From: Candidatus Latescibacterota bacterium
GTDB lineage: Bacteria > Latescibacterota > UBA2968
Reading direction: 5' to 3'
Assembly (NCBI GenBank): GCA_965207885.1
Contig: OZ242311.1
Coordinates: 1,120,001 to 1,184,000, forward strand
Length of the DNA: 64,000 nucleotides
The position numbers and the translations under genes were made by a program. Below, one piece after another: positions 53,721-64,000 of the stretch. Positions within the stretch are counted from its first letter, which is position 1; the number at the start of each line of letters is the position of its first letter. The notes below the pieces were generated by a model. That model made no database searches. It had not been told where the DNA came from and saw only the letters and a list, made by a program, of their open reading frames with translations.

Positions 53721-55949
53721 TTATTGTGATCGTTTGAGAACAAACACCATGTCAATGGCTTGTAATTGTTCGGTCAGCGTATCCAGGGCGCTCAGTTCAG
53801 ACAGGTTGACAGGTGTTTGCAATAGGCGCTGAATATTTCGATGGTCAAAGATGCGTTGCGGTGGCGTTTCGTAGCCTTTTGTTTCTACGCGAATCTGGCT
53901 GGTCGCAGGTACCCAAATTTGAAATGTTCCGTGTCGGGCTACTGTCTGCAGGACTGTTCTGCCAATGGGATCAACCGCTCGAACTATGGCCTGGGGTACG
54001 GGAGAATTGTCGCTCATTTCTATTTTGCCCTGTACTATAGCCCGAACAGGTTGGGGAGGCGCGAAATTTTTTGTTTCGAAGTAGATCGGATTCGTCAATG
54101 CCACGCGCGATGTGTCTGCACCATAGCACCGGGCGAGGTACCAGCAGTTGACAGTATCTTCGAGTGTTGTCGATATCCGATATTTCCGGGGTTGTTCTTC
54201 CAAATCCCAACTCTGAATTACCCGTGCATTGCGGATTAGTTCAATGCGCGTCAAATACGCATCGGATTTTGCGGCTGCCCAGGCGTGAATTATTGCCCGT
54301 CTTTTGTGGCCTGCTGGCAATTGGTTGCCGGGTCCCGCTGCAAAGATGGATAATGAGATCAGAGGCCCGTTGGTTATCATATTTTGTCCGTTGGCTATTG
54401 CGCGCATTAGTCTATCGGCGGTCAGGTCGCCGGGCACCTGTGTGTATGTGCGAAAATGTTCGTCGGAAAAAGCTGTACCTGCAATGCGATACCCCCGGTT
54501 GAGCAGTGCAAACCAGATTGCTCGTGCATGGGGATGTGCGACATCGAGTGCGTCAAAAGCAGGACCAGCGAGAATATCGAATAACGATGTGCCCAGAATA
54601 TCTGTATAGCCAGTAATACCTCGGTCTAAACGCGCCTGGGCATGTACTTCAAATCCGGCTTGCTCGGGAGTAAATAGCCCCGTGGTGCCCAATACCCATT
54701 GTTTTCCCCCGCGGGTTTCAACATATTTGCCGGGTAGTGTCAGTATCGAATCTCCATTCACATTCACTGGCAAAGCTGCCCAGTCCAGTCCGCGCGCCCG
54801 CGCGTCATTGGCAGTGCTGTTGAGAAGATCGCCAGCCACCCATCCTCTCGCATGGAGGTCTCCCCAGGGTTTGAAGGGCAATTCTATCATGTGTTCACGA
54901 CCAGGCACGAGGTGCAAGACCTGTGGTTCTGGCGGCAGGTGCGCAAAACCGCGCATTGCGGATACGGTGATTGTTTGGGGTGGTAGATCAATTGCAAATT
55001 CACTGTTGGCAACAAAGCCGCGTTCTGCAAATCCCGTCTGTAAAATAGTACCCAGAGAATCGGCGACGATTATCCGGCCCAATAGGGGTTGCCCGGTTTC
55101 GGCGTTGAAAAGACGACCGCGCAATCGGGTCGCTTTTTTGTCGCCAATGTATGCCCGGGCGCTGAGGTGGGCCAACCTCGCCCGCACATAGATGCCGCCC
55201 ATATTTTCATCGGCGTCGCGCAATGTGGCTGTCGCTGTGCCATTTTCTATTTGTGCCCAGGGGGTTATTTGCCCGCGACTCGCTTCGAAGATAACCACGG
55301 CTCCATTATGAGAAATCACACTGTCTTGTTGAGTTACCTGGTGGGGTAGCGCGACAACGCTGTCGTGTATTGTTACGCGTACTCTTGAGACGCGCGTGCC
55401 ACTTGTGGGAAAATCCGTTGCTTTTAATTGAAGACCTGGGGGCATTCGCGGTGCGATTTTGTGTAGTCGCACGTCGTCAAAAGCCGCCTCTTTTCCGTCT
55501 ATAAGACATATCACATGTGCAAACACGGCTTTTGTTGGCACCACAAAAGTCCCGGCCCATTCCGTCCACGACGCGCTTGTTACTTCTGTTGTTGTCCCGC
55601 TTTCGCCCACCGGAGTCTGATCTTCTGCCAACCATTGGATGCGTGCAAAAGCCCTTGCGCTGTCGGCACGCGCCCATCCGATTAAGACATAAACGGCTCC
55701 CGGCTGAATATCGATGGGATCGCTGATCAGTGCAGTGGGTTCTCCCCGCGGTCCTCCCAGCATAAGGACTGAGGTTTTGCCGCTGTGAGCGCGTTCGTGT
55801 TCGACCATGATCCGCGTAGAATCGGGTACGGGAGACCAATTTACAGGTATCTGCGATGCTGTTATTTGTTCAAACCCCCCGTTGGGCACATCTGCCCAAA
55901 GGTGTGGGGCGAGCGATAAAAAGAAAAACAGACACCATATACGGATCAT
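53721..55949 (-). CDS. Secreted protein: carbohydrate-binding-like N-terminus plus CehA/McbA-like (degenerate PHP) region
   Basis: VPNGGFE..FDDV CBM-like; GWVAGD, WFALLNRGYRI, RTY, ITNGPLI, ALTNPIYF. Confidence 0.6.
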   Translation of the reverse strand: MIRIWCLFFFLSLAPHLWADVPNGGFEQITASQIPVNWSPVPDSTRIMVEHERAHSGKTSVLMLGGPRGEPTALISDPIDIQPGAVYVLIGWARADSARAFARIQWLAEDQTPVGESGTTTEVTSASWTEWAGTFVVPTKAVFAHVICLIDGKEAAFDDVRLHKIAPRMPPGLQLKATDFPTSGTRVSRVRVTIHDSVVALPHQVTQQDSVISHNGAVVIFEASRGQITPWAQIENGTATATLRDADENMGGIYVRARLAHLSARAYIGDKKATRLRGRLFNAETGQPLLGRIIVADSLGTILQTGFAERGFVANSEFAIDLPPQTITVSAMRGFAHLPPEPQVLHLVPGREHMIELPFKPWGDLHARGWVAGDLLNSTANDARARGLDWAALPVNVNGDSILTLPGKYVETRGGKQWVLGTTGLFTPEQAGFEVHAQARLDRGITGYTDILGTSLFDILAGPAFDALDVAHPHARAIWFALLNRGYRIAGTAFSDEHFRTYTQVPGDLTADRLMRAIANGQNMITNGPLISLSIFAAGPGNQLPAGHKRRAIIHAWAAAKSDAYLTRIELIRNARVIQSWDLEEQPRKYRISTTLEDTVNCWYLARCYGADTSRVALTNPIYFETKNFAPPQPVRAIVQGKIEMSDNSPVPQAIVRAVDPIGRTVLQTVARHGTFQIWVPATSQIRVETKGYETPPQRIFDHRNIQRLLQTPVNLSELSALDTLTEQLQAIDMVFVLKRSQ

Positions 55950-55964
55950 GCTCTTGTATCCTTT

Positions 55965-57923
55965 TTATTCCATGACAAATTGAATATCATCTGCCCAGGG
56001 ATCTACCCGCGTCAGGCGCACGCTTATGCGTTCACCCACGCGGATTTGTCCCGACAAGCGCATGTCAACTTGCAGGGCATAGTCCGGGATTTCGATCCGG
56101 GCGCGGTGGTCCCAGGTATTTAACACGAGTGCGTCAAATACCTGCCCTCTGTATTGCACGAGATGGTGGAATATCCAGTATCGCTCTCTGCGCTGTTCCA
56201 GGCGGTTGATCAGGCGGAGGCGTTCTTCGAGGTAGGGACAAAGTGTCGTCAGGTCATCTATGGAATAGGGCAAGGCCCTGTTGTCGATGATGGCGACGAG
56301 TTGTCGCTGTGATACCAGGTCTATGAATCGTCTCAAGGGAGATGTGGTCTGGCAATAGGGTTCTACCCCCAGGCCACCGTGCAGACCGGGTTGTAGTGAG
56401 ATTGCAGCTGCACGCATGCGCGTCAGTGTCTGATAGCGGTGTACTTGCTCGCTATCCGTGGGTTCTAAATCGGAGAGGTCGGGCGCGTCTTGTACGCGAA
56501 AGATCGCGGGTGCGTTTTGTTCAACACACAATTTTGCAGCTTCGACATTGGCTTTGACCATCAGTTCGCTGACCAGCAAATCAGCCCTGGAGTCGCGTTT
56601 TTTTATTTCGATATTCACGGTTCCTTCAGCCGAGATATTCACGCGGCGATCAACTTGATCAACCGCTACAGCACCGGCTTCGACGCGCTGTATTAAAAGC
56701 GATTCTGCCGTGTCAAATAGGGCTGATAATATCGCGTGCCTGGGATGCGTCGCATCGTCGAGTATTGCGTCTGCTTCGTCATAACTCAGTTTTTCGCAAC
56801 ACCGGATGACGGAAAGCGTCCAGGCCGGGGTTTCCATTGCGCCATCTGATCCCACATCCCACAAGAGGCTTACGGCCAACCGATTCTCATTCGGGATGAG
56901 ACTGCCCAGATTTTCCGATAGAACGGGCGGCAACATGGGGTATTTGGTCTCTGGAAAGTAGAGGCTTGCGCCGCGGTTTCTGGCTTCTTCATCGAGAGCT
57001 GAATGCGCGGGGATCAACGAGGAGACGTCGGTAATATGCACGCCGATTTGATGGCTGCCGTCTTCTCGAAATTGAACTGATATCGCATCGTCCATATCTG
57101 TTGTCGATGCGTCGTCAATGGTCACGGCATCTATATGCGTCAGGTCCTGACGATTTGCAAATAGCGCTCTGTTATACATGGCTTGAATCGCGTCCGCTTC
57201 TTTGATCAATGGGTCGGGAAAATTCAGGGGTACATCTTCGCGCATCAATTCGACAAAGGCATGCCGATCCCATATGCCTTCGGCGACTAAGCGATCAAAA
57301 GCTTTCCGCGCAGAGATGGTCTCGCTGGCCATGCGTTCCAGCCAGTGTGCATGTTTGCTTTGTTCGCCGTGTAGTGCGACGTCTTTTATCCGTTCGATCC
57401 ATTCGTCTTTGCCGGTGCCCTGAAACTGAAGCCATTTCAAAAATGCCTCTCGTTCCGCTTCTCGTTCTTTGTCGCGGGCGACTATTTCCAATCTGTGGCT
57501 GACTTCTGTCCGATCAAGTGCGCGAAATCTCCGTCCTTCGGCATCGAAGTAGGCACTCGTTTCCAATGCGACTAAAAATGCCGACATTTGTTCCGATGTC
57601 GGCGTGTGATTGTAATGCAATTCGGTCAGTTCGTTCAGATCCCAGATTTCATCTTCTTCTACGACGAGTTCCCACAGGTCGCAAAGGTCAATGTCGGCGC
57701 TTGTAGCTTCTGCCCGATTGAGCCACGCTGTGCCAGCGGTTTTGTCATTTCCGATGTGTCCAGTTGTCTGAAGTATATTTTCTATGGGTACATTGTGCGA
57801 TGTACGCGCCGATACCGCAAATCTGGCTCTGGTATGTGAGATGTTGACACACACGCCCGCCATTAACCGATTTCTGTAGCGGAACAAAGCTATTTCGTTT
57901 TCTTTGGGTAAAGTATAATTCAT
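55965..57923 (-). CDS. RNase II/R (RNB domain) exoribonuclease
   Basis: TIDDASTTDMDDAIS, VHITDV, YPMLP, ELMVKAN, YCQTTSPLRRFIDL. Confidence 0.88.
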   Translation of the reverse strand: MNYTLPKENEIALFRYRNRLMAGVCVNISHTRARFAVSARTSHNVPIENILQTTGHIGNDKTAGTAWLNRAEATSADIDLCDLWELVVEEDEIWDLNELTELHYNHTPTSEQMSAFLVALETSAYFDAEGRRFRALDRTEVSHRLEIVARDKEREAEREAFLKWLQFQGTGKDEWIERIKDVALHGEQSKHAHWLERMASETISARKAFDRLVAEGIWDRHAFVELMREDVPLNFPDPLIKEADAIQAMYNRALFANRQDLTHIDAVTIDDASTTDMDDAISVQFREDGSHQIGVHITDVSSLIPAHSALDEEARNRGASLYFPETKYPMLPPVLSENLGSLIPNENRLAVSLLWDVGSDGAMETPAWTLSVIRCCEKLSYDEADAILDDATHPRHAILSALFDTAESLLIQRVEAGAVAVDQVDRRVNISAEGTVNIEIKKRDSRADLLVSELMVKANVEAAKLCVEQNAPAIFRVQDAPDLSDLEPTDSEQVHRYQTLTRMRAAAISLQPGLHGGLGVEPYCQTTSPLRRFIDLVSQRQLVAIIDNRALPYSIDDLTTLCPYLEERLRLINRLEQRRERYWIFHHLVQYRGQVFDALVLNTWDHRARIEIPDYALQVDMRLSGQIRVGERISVRLTRVDPWADDIQFVME

Positions 57924-57990
57924 ACACAATTTGTGTACATCAAGTAAAACGGCAGACGATACAATCCGTCTGCCGCCAGTCGATGCATCC

Positions 57991-58428
57991 CTATATTGTG
58001 GGCAACAATGCCTCGGGATGTTTTCGCGCATCCACGTTGGTATGGATTTGTGCGATTGTCCCATCGGGTGCAATGAGGTATGTCATGCGTTTGGCAGCGC
58101 GGTCCGATGCCGATTGACAAGCCCCGTAAGATAGACAGATTTCGCGTTCTGTGTCGCACAATAAGGGATATTCAAATTCCTGTGTTTTTGCAAATTTGGC
58201 ATTGGCTTCTACACTGTCTGTGCTCACGCCCAGAATTTGCACATTTCTATCTGCATAGTCACGGATTCGCTCCTGGAATCCCACACCTTCAGCCGTTCAG
58301 CCACCCGTGCTTGCTCTGGGATAAAACCAGAGTACGACGGTTTTTCCGCGATAATCACTGAGTTTTACTTCACTGCCTGTGTGGTCTTTGACCAGAAAAT
58401 CAGGCGCAATATCGCCAACATCGAGCAT
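57991..58428 (-). CDS. bcp: BCP/PrxQ peroxiredoxin with in-frame UGA (probable selenocysteine) at codon 44
   Basis: AGGAGG RBS; MLDVGDIAPDF..VVLWFYPRASTGG-UGA-TAEG..ILGVSTD..KRMTYLI; hairpin 15 nt downstream of the UGA. Confidence 0.85.
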
Positions 58429-58626
58429 TATGACCTCCTGAAAAAGTTTGGGGTTTTGGAAACGCTGGGAATATAGGCAAACAGGACGGGCAAATCCAGT
58501 GGGAAAAGAGGCAAGGGGCTGAGGACTGGTGGGTGGGGAACTAATTGCGGATCATGAAACAAGCCTTTACCGCATTCCCCGATCTGTGTATCTTGGGATT
58601 GGTAACTGATAACGGAGGATTACTCA

Positions 58627-59340
58627 ATGAAAATTGCACATATTTCCGACTTCCACCTTCGCCACCATATCGAAGGCGATAATATTAAGTGCGGGCCTGA
58701 TCTTATATCCGAAGGTGCGCGTCATATTGCCGCGCATTCTCCCGATTTGGTCGCTGTGACGGGTGATCTGGTCGATTATCCGCTCGATGTATTAGACGAT
58801 CCCGATACGATTGCACTGGGGGAAAAAGATCTCCGTCTCGTGCGTGAATGTTTCGACAGTCTTTCCTGTCCTGTTGCGTATGTGCCTGGCAATCACGATC
58901 ATCCCGCGTCTTTTCGCCGCGTCTTTTGCGATCAGCCTTTTGATTTTGATGCGCAGGGTTTTCGCGCGATTACTTTTTTCGATAAGGAAGGGGATCACAA
59001 TGTCCCGCAGCGCGTTGGGGCGGAACGCGCGCGGTTTCAATCTGTGTTGTCAGATGGCGATCCGCGGCCGCAAATTCATTTGCAACACTATATGATATTT
59101 CCCGAGCATAGCGGAGGATATCCATTTAATTATGGCGATGCGGCGGAGTTGAAAGCTGCACTGCTCGCAGATTCGCGCCACAAGCTCGTGCTTAGTGGGC
59201 ATTATCACGAGGGAGAGGATCTCATGGCGGAAGGTCATGTTTGTTTTGCGACGGCGCGTGCTTTTCGAGAGCCACCCCATCCCTTTCGCGTGTACGAGAT
59301 TGCGGGTATGAATATTACACAGACTGAATATACCCTGTAA
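58627..59340 (+). CDS. Calcineurin-like metallophosphoesterase
   Basis: HISDFH, VTGDLV, VPGNHD, LSGHYH. Confidence 0.9.
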   Translation: MKIAHISDFHLRHHIEGDNIKCGPDLISEGARHIAAHSPDLVAVTGDLVDYPLDVLDDPDTIALGEKDLRLVRECFDSLSCPVAYVPGNHDHPASFRRVFCDQPFDFDAQGFRAITFFDKEGDHNVPQRVGAERARFQSVLSDGDPRPQIHLQHYMIFPEHSGGYPFNYGDAAELKAALLADSRHKLVLSGHYHEGEDLMAEGHVCFATARAFREPPHPFRVYEIAGMNITQTEYTL

Positions 59341-59351
59341 GTGGAGGTTGT

Positions 59352-59927
59352 GTGACTTTCAAGGCGCGATATATTTTTTTACCAATTGCTGCAATCGCTC
59401 TGGTGATTTGCGTTTTTGTAGTTTTCCTGGATTACCGAGATGCTTTTCACCGCGCTCTCAATGTGCCGCCAACTTCGCATTATGCCGATGATATACCCAA
59501 TTTGGTCACGGCTTATCACTCGCGGTCGGATGCATCAGATCTGCTGTGGACCCTTTCCGAAGCTCTTGCGCCCCAACAGCCTATTCGCCGTCTGGTTTTT
59601 ACACTTTTTCTCGCGTACACATCACAGGATAAGCGCGTTGCCGCATTTTTGCATCACGCGGCGTTTGGTCCCGTGCGCGGTATTGAGCGGGCTTCCCTGT
59701 ATCATTTTGATATTCACCATTCAAAGCTCACGGCTGGCGAGGTTTTGCTGCTTTGCGATCTGGCACAGGGTGCGGATGTTCCGATGAATGATCCCATTGC
59801 CGCGCTGGAACGCCGCGATGCGCTTTTGTCCGATTTGTATGCGCGCGGTTTTTTGTCCCAGACTGTTTATCGCAGCGAGCGCGATCGCGCGCTGTCCCTT
59901 TCTGTCAATCCCATACCGGTGAAGTGA
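59352..59927 (+). CDS. Membrane-anchored protein with degenerate transglycosylase (GT51)-like segment
   Basis: N-terminal TM; FGPVRGIERASLYHF..KLTAGEVLLL..ALERRDALL resembles GT51 C-terminal motifs. Confidence 0.5.
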   Translation: MTFKARYIFLPIAAIALVICVFVVFLDYRDAFHRALNVPPTSHYADDIPNLVTAYHSRSDASDLLWTLSEALAPQQPIRRLVFTLFLAYTSQDKRVAAFLHHAAFGPVRGIERASLYHFDIHHSKLTAGEVLLLCDLAQGADVPMNDPIAALERRDALLSDLYARGFLSQTVYRSERDRALSLSVNPIPVK

Positions 59928-61195
59928 TGAATAGAGATACGCAGTCCTGGACGTGTAGTTTTCTGGCGGGTCGCATTGGTTCCTCAGATCCGCTTGCGAG
60001 GGGTACGGAGATTGTACATATCGAGGCGCATAAGGGGCGGCTTTATGCCGGGAATGGCTATTGGATGGATAATCCTTATACCGCGATACCCTGGGCACAA
60101 GTTCTGGCGATTGATTCACCGACTGATGCGTGGCGTATAGACCACAGCTTGGGAGCGTCGCATCTTCGGGTTACTGCGCTGAAGTCGGTGGTATTTGAAA
60201 CTGATGACTTGGGCAATCCCCTATCCGAGAAGGTGAATTTTTTGCTGGCTGGTTCTGACCGGCGCAGGGGCGTTCTCGGGATGGGCGAGTCGAATATTTT
60301 TACGCGAGACGATGACAGTGGTTCGTGGGTGAGGACTACGCTTCAGTCCGGCAGGGGATACCGATGCATGGTGCGCGCGTTTTTTGTTCATCGCGATCGC
60401 GTGACAGGGGTGGATCGCATTTTTGTTTCTGCGGGGCAGTTGGGGATTTATTCGGGGGTGTATGATCCGGCTCAGTTGGGGAAGATTCGATGGGATGAGG
60501 CATCCGAGTTTGGGCCGATTGTAGCGCGTCCTATGTCTTTCGCAGAGGCAAATGGCGTTTTGTATGCGTCGATTGGGACGTCGGTTTATCGCCGCGTGGA
60601 TGGGCAGGTGCCTGTTTGGGAGGAGGTTTACACGGATGATACGCCGTATAGTTTTGAACAGGCTGGTATCCGCGGTTTGACGGCGATTCCCTCTCCGGGA
60701 GGGGATGGTGAGTCTCTTTTGTTTTCTCATACAGATCGCATTATTCGCATGGATCCAGAAGAAAAGTATGTAGCGACTGTTGAGTTGAGGATCGATGCGT
60801 TGCTCAATAAGGCGTGGCAGCGTTCTATCAGAGGCAGAAGTATTATTGCCGCGTACAGCGATATGGTGCCTGTTACCGATCCTGCGACGGGACAGACCGT
60901 TCATTTGATGGGTGTTCAGTCAAAGGTGAATGGGGGGCAGACTTTTGGGGAGTGGTATCCGGGCGCGGCTTATTTGATCCGATATCCCGACTTGAGCTAT
61001 CGGGCCAATGAGGTGAATGGGCGATGGAAACTCGGCGATCCGTTTCTGGTGGCGATACGCACGATCAAATTGTCGCCTTTTTCAGAGGATGCGGGTCAAT
61101 TTCTCTATTTTGGCGGTTTTGACGCAAATTTTCTCGATGCACACGATACTGCTTGGATTTATCGCGCGCAGGTGGATACGGTTTTGGAGTTTTAG
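59924..61195 (+). CDS. Hypothetical protein, probable beta-propeller
   Basis: 423-aa ORF; HKGRLYAG, NGVLYAS, LYFGG strand repeats. Confidence 0.55.
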   Translation: MMNRDTQSWTCSFLAGRIGSSDPLARGTEIVHIEAHKGRLYAGNGYWMDNPYTAIPWAQVLAIDSPTDAWRIDHSLGASHLRVTALKSVVFETDDLGNPLSEKVNFLLAGSDRRRGVLGMGESNIFTRDDDSGSWVRTTLQSGRGYRCMVRAFFVHRDRVTGVDRIFVSAGQLGIYSGVYDPAQLGKIRWDEASEFGPIVARPMSFAEANGVLYASIGTSVYRRVDGQVPVWEEVYTDDTPYSFEQAGIRGLTAIPSPGGDGESLLFSHTDRIIRMDPEEKYVATVELRIDALLNKAWQRSIRGRSIIAAYSDMVPVTDPATGQTVHLMGVQSKVNGGQTFGEWYPGAAYLIRYPDLSYRANEVNGRWKLGDPFLVAIRTIKLSPFSEDAGQFLYFGGFDANFLDAHDTAWIYRAQVDTVLEF

Positions 61196-62218
61196 ATGTC
61201 GCTGCTTACAGGTAAGGTTAGCGATTTTTTGAAGATTGGTGTTGCGGCTGCTGGTCGCGGCGATTTGGAGACTGTGCGGACGGTGCTGGCGGAGAAGCCA
61301 GGCTGGTTGTTGCGCGTTGGGTCGCACGGGCGGACGATGCTCTGGGAAGCGGCGTACCGGGGGCGGTTGGCGATGGTCGAATGGTTGCTCGATCAGGGTG
61401 CGGATGTCCATGCGTGGGGCTGCCATTTTACGCCGTTACTGGTGGATATTTCGCCTTATTGCGCGGCGCGGCTCAAGAATCACGATGCGGTTGCCGATGT
61501 GTTGTGGGCACGGGGTGCCACTGCTGATATTTATACGTTTGCCTATCTGGGCGATGGGGATGCGGTTGCCGAGTGCCTGCGCCGCGATCCTGGTCTCGTC
61601 ACTGTGGAGAGGATACAGCACGATACGGATATTCGCGCTACGGTGTTGCACTACGCGGTTGGGGCTGGTTATCTGGATATTGTTTGTTTGTTGCTCGAAA
61701 GGGGAGCAGATCCGCGGCTCTGTGGCGACCGGCTGGTGCGGTTTTGTATCTGGCGCGATCGGGCGGATATTTTGAAGGTGCTGCTCGATGCGGGTCTCGA
61801 TCCGACGACCGCTGAACTGCCCCGTTCCGGTCTTACCAATCCCGATATTATTGCCCTGCTTTCGAGCCGTGGGGTGGATTGCGATCCGAATCGCGCAGAG
61901 GATGGGTGGCCGCCGATTGTTTTTCAGTCTCGCGGTGACCGCGGCGGGCGTGTTGATCGCGTCCGGGATTTGATCTCGCGCGGTGCCGATGTGAATGCGC
62001 GCAATTACAAGGGGCAGACTGCGTTGCACTGTGCGGCGCGGGCGGGGTTTGTGGATATTGTTTCCCTGCTTCTCGAACACGGTGCGGAGGTCGATTTGCG
62101 AGACCGCGCGGGACATACGCCGCTTATGACTGCGTTGCGTTCGACGATTAAGAATAAGGATAAGCTCCGCGAGGTTGTTCACGTTCTTACAGAGGCGGGT
62201 GCGGATCTTGATGGATAA
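61196..62218 (+). CDS. Ankyrin-repeat protein
   Basis: GRTMLWEAA..GADV, TVLHYAV..GADP, GQTALHCAA..GAEV, GHTPLMTA. Confidence 0.92.
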   Translation: MSLLTGKVSDFLKIGVAAAGRGDLETVRTVLAEKPGWLLRVGSHGRTMLWEAAYRGRLAMVEWLLDQGADVHAWGCHFTPLLVDISPYCAARLKNHDAVADVLWARGATADIYTFAYLGDGDAVAECLRRDPGLVTVERIQHDTDIRATVLHYAVGAGYLDIVCLLLERGADPRLCGDRLVRFCIWRDRADILKVLLDAGLDPTTAELPRSGLTNPDIIALLSSRGVDCDPNRAEDGWPPIVFQSRGDRGGRVDRVRDLISRGADVNARNYKGQTALHCAARAGFVDIVSLLLEHGAEVDLRDRAGHTPLMTALRSTIKNKDKLREVVHVLTEAGADLDG

Positions 62219-62297
62219 GGAGATGTCATCGCGGCAGGATTTTAGCCGCGATCCAGTCTACTGCAATCCGGCAAACAAACTCAGGAGGGTTTCATAC

Positions 62298-62852
62298 ATG
62301 ATTAAACTCAGGACAATAGCAGCTATACTTTACCTAATACCCGTATGGGTGGGTGCGGCCGACTACAACATTGAACGACAGCCAGATGGCCCTCTTGCGT
62401 TTAGGATCTTCGGGGTATGGTTCAACGAAGGATCAACCCTGACCCGCGAGAGCATCCTATTCAACGATCCAGCGTGTCCCATCAAAATTCGATCTCACAC
62501 GACAAAGATCATCCATAAAGATCGCGGCTTCAGATTCTCGGCTCGGGCTTCAATAGATATCAAGCACCCAATCGTCGCCGTTCAATTACGTACGCTACTT
62601 TATGATGTATTCGGGCAGAATATGAAGAATCTTGACAATATAGAAATAAAAGACTTCGCTCCGAGTCAATCCACTATAGAGGGAGAATGGCGGGCGTCCG
62701 ATAATGATATGGGATTTCTAACGACGGTCACCTATGTCGCACGAGTACGTTTGGCGGACGGTAGTCAGTGGATATTCAATGCAGAAAATCTTCTGGTCGC
62801 TTTGACTACTCTTAACTTGGAGCAGAAGATTGGCGATGAGGCTAAGGAATGA
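62298..62852 (+). CDS. Hypothetical exported protein
   Basis: AGGAGG RBS; signal peptide MIKLRTIAAILYLIPVWVGA. Confidence 0.6.
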   Translation: MIKLRTIAAILYLIPVWVGAADYNIERQPDGPLAFRIFGVWFNEGSTLTRESILFNDPACPIKIRSHTTKIIHKDRGFRFSARASIDIKHPIVAVQLRTLLYDVFGQNMKNLDNIEIKDFAPSQSTIEGEWRASDNDMGFLTTVTYVARVRLADGSQWIFNAENLLVALTTLNLEQKIGDEAKE

Positions 62853-62947
62853 TGCCTAACGAGGTATTTTGAAATACTTCACGTACAGATTTCGCAGACA
62901 CTGTCTGCAAAAATCATTGAGTCTATCAACCAAACGGAGATTACCGA

Positions 62948-64000
62948 ATGAAAGAGATATACGATTGGGTACCGTGGTTTCGAAAATTAGGAAAAAAAAT
63001 TGCGGACAGAGGCGAAGAATATCTGATTGAAAAAGTGAAGAAGGTGGATTGGAAAGGAAAACGCCTTGTGGACATATATGGCGCTAAGAGCGTTGATCCC
63101 TTTTCATTCTTTTATTGTTTAGCTCAAAAGAAGGCCCGTTATCAAAGGGAAATAGTGTACAATAGTGTTCACAATGTATTTGACATTAGCGCTCCCCCAG
63201 ATACGAATATAGATGATTACTATATCATCCCCACTACTACCTCTCTTGTTCTCTTTCATGATGGGAAAAACTTTGATCCCAATTTGCTTTGGCGTTTGTT
63301 TAGGCAGGCAGTAGAGGATGTTCCCACCATTGACCAGGATGATTTTAAAAAAGCCTTAAAAATAAAAGAAGTTGGGGTTAAGAAATTGACTCAAACTCTG
63401 TTTTTGATAAATCCCGAATACTTCCTGCCCGTAGATGAGACAACTTTTCATTTATCTGAAGCTTTGAGTTTGCCAGCACTGTCAGAAATAGAAAGAGAGA
63501 TCGAAGATGGTGGCTATGAGAAGTATAAATCTCGTCTCAAAGAGTTCAAAGAAGCATTTCCGGGATGCCAGCTTTATGAAATCAATATGTTCTTAGATCG
63601 GCAAAAATCTGGTCAAATAAAAGTGAGTGATAATTTTTTTCAGATAAGTACTAATGTAGATAACGACGGAAAAGATCATTGGAACGACTTCGAAAAAAAT
63701 AACTGGGCTTATACAAATACAAATTATCCTGGTTGGCGCGATTCTAAGCGAGGAGATATTATCTTAGTTAGAATGGGAAAAAAAGAAGGAAAAGCGATTG
63801 GCATTGTTCAGGAAAATAATTATGACGAGTCAAAGGGGTTAAATGAAGACAGCAGAATTCATGTCTTATGGATAAACAAGTCGGAAAGAGATTTACCCAG
63901 GGAACTCGGGAGACTTGGTGCCTTTACCACTGCACACTCCAAAACGCTTTCAGTTTTTGAAGAAACTGAAAGCTACAAACCTTCTTTTCACTTGATTAAT
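62948..64000 (+). CDS. Probable McrB-like restriction protein, N-terminal part; runs off window
   Basis: Not in ORF track; begins MKEIYDWVPWFRKLG..SVDPFSFFY, later LTQTLFLINP; AT-rich; NTPase domain not within window. Confidence 0.5.
   Translation, partial: MKEIYDWVPWFRKLGKKIADRGEEYLIEKVKKVDWKGKRLVDIYGAKSVDPFSFFYCLAQKKARYQREIVYNSVHNVFDISAPPDTNIDDYYIIPTTTSLVLFHDGKNFDPNLLWRLFRQAVEDVPTIDQDDFKKALKIKEVGVKKLTQTLFLINPEYFLPVDETTFHLSEALSLPALSEIEREIEDGGYEKYKSRLKEFKEAFPGCQLYEINMFLDRQKSGQIKVSDNFFQISTNVDNDGKDHWNDFEKNNWAYTNTNYPGWRDSKRGDIILVRMGKKEGKAIGIVQENNYDESKGLNEDSRIHVLWINKSERDLPRELGRLGAFTTAHSKTLSVFEETESYKPSFHLIN

Overview
A gene-dense bacterial window. The EF-hand/dockerin-like modules, GWxTD-type protein, TonB-receptor/PorV cassette, PhyH and ankyrin proteins suggest an FCB-group organism such as Latescibacterota or Gemmatimonadota, possibly a sponge symbiont; this taxonomy is inference. 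The backbone has a TBDR/T9SS-CTD/PorV operon, a sigma-70 factor, mlaEFD, a partner-switching/phosphorelay cluster, phoBR-like genes, an RNase II-family gene and a peroxiredoxin with an in-frame UGA (probable selenocysteine) that the ORF track truncates. Two tRNA-Pro genes are each followed by accessory DNA. The most notable element is a ~10.8 kb island (23056-33930) bounded by tRNA-Pro(GGG) and a degenerate copy of its 3' half plus terminator. It encodes an HlyD adaptor, a peptidase-less ABC exporter and a Cys-free acidic 136-aa precursor with a CLI_3235-like KLVKR...VEAY leader. It also carries four CxxC-x19/21-CxxC membrane proteins, an S8 protease-DUF1611 fusion, an acyl carrier protein and a BtrH-like protein. 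This is a candidate radical-SAM-free, acylated peptide/bacteriocin system. Behind tRNA-Pro(CGG) is a sigma-54 circuit (enhancer-binding protein, three enhancer-like palindromes, a consensus -24/-12 promoter) pointing at a stand-alone HTH gene. All family names come from motif recognition by eye; no database searches were run.
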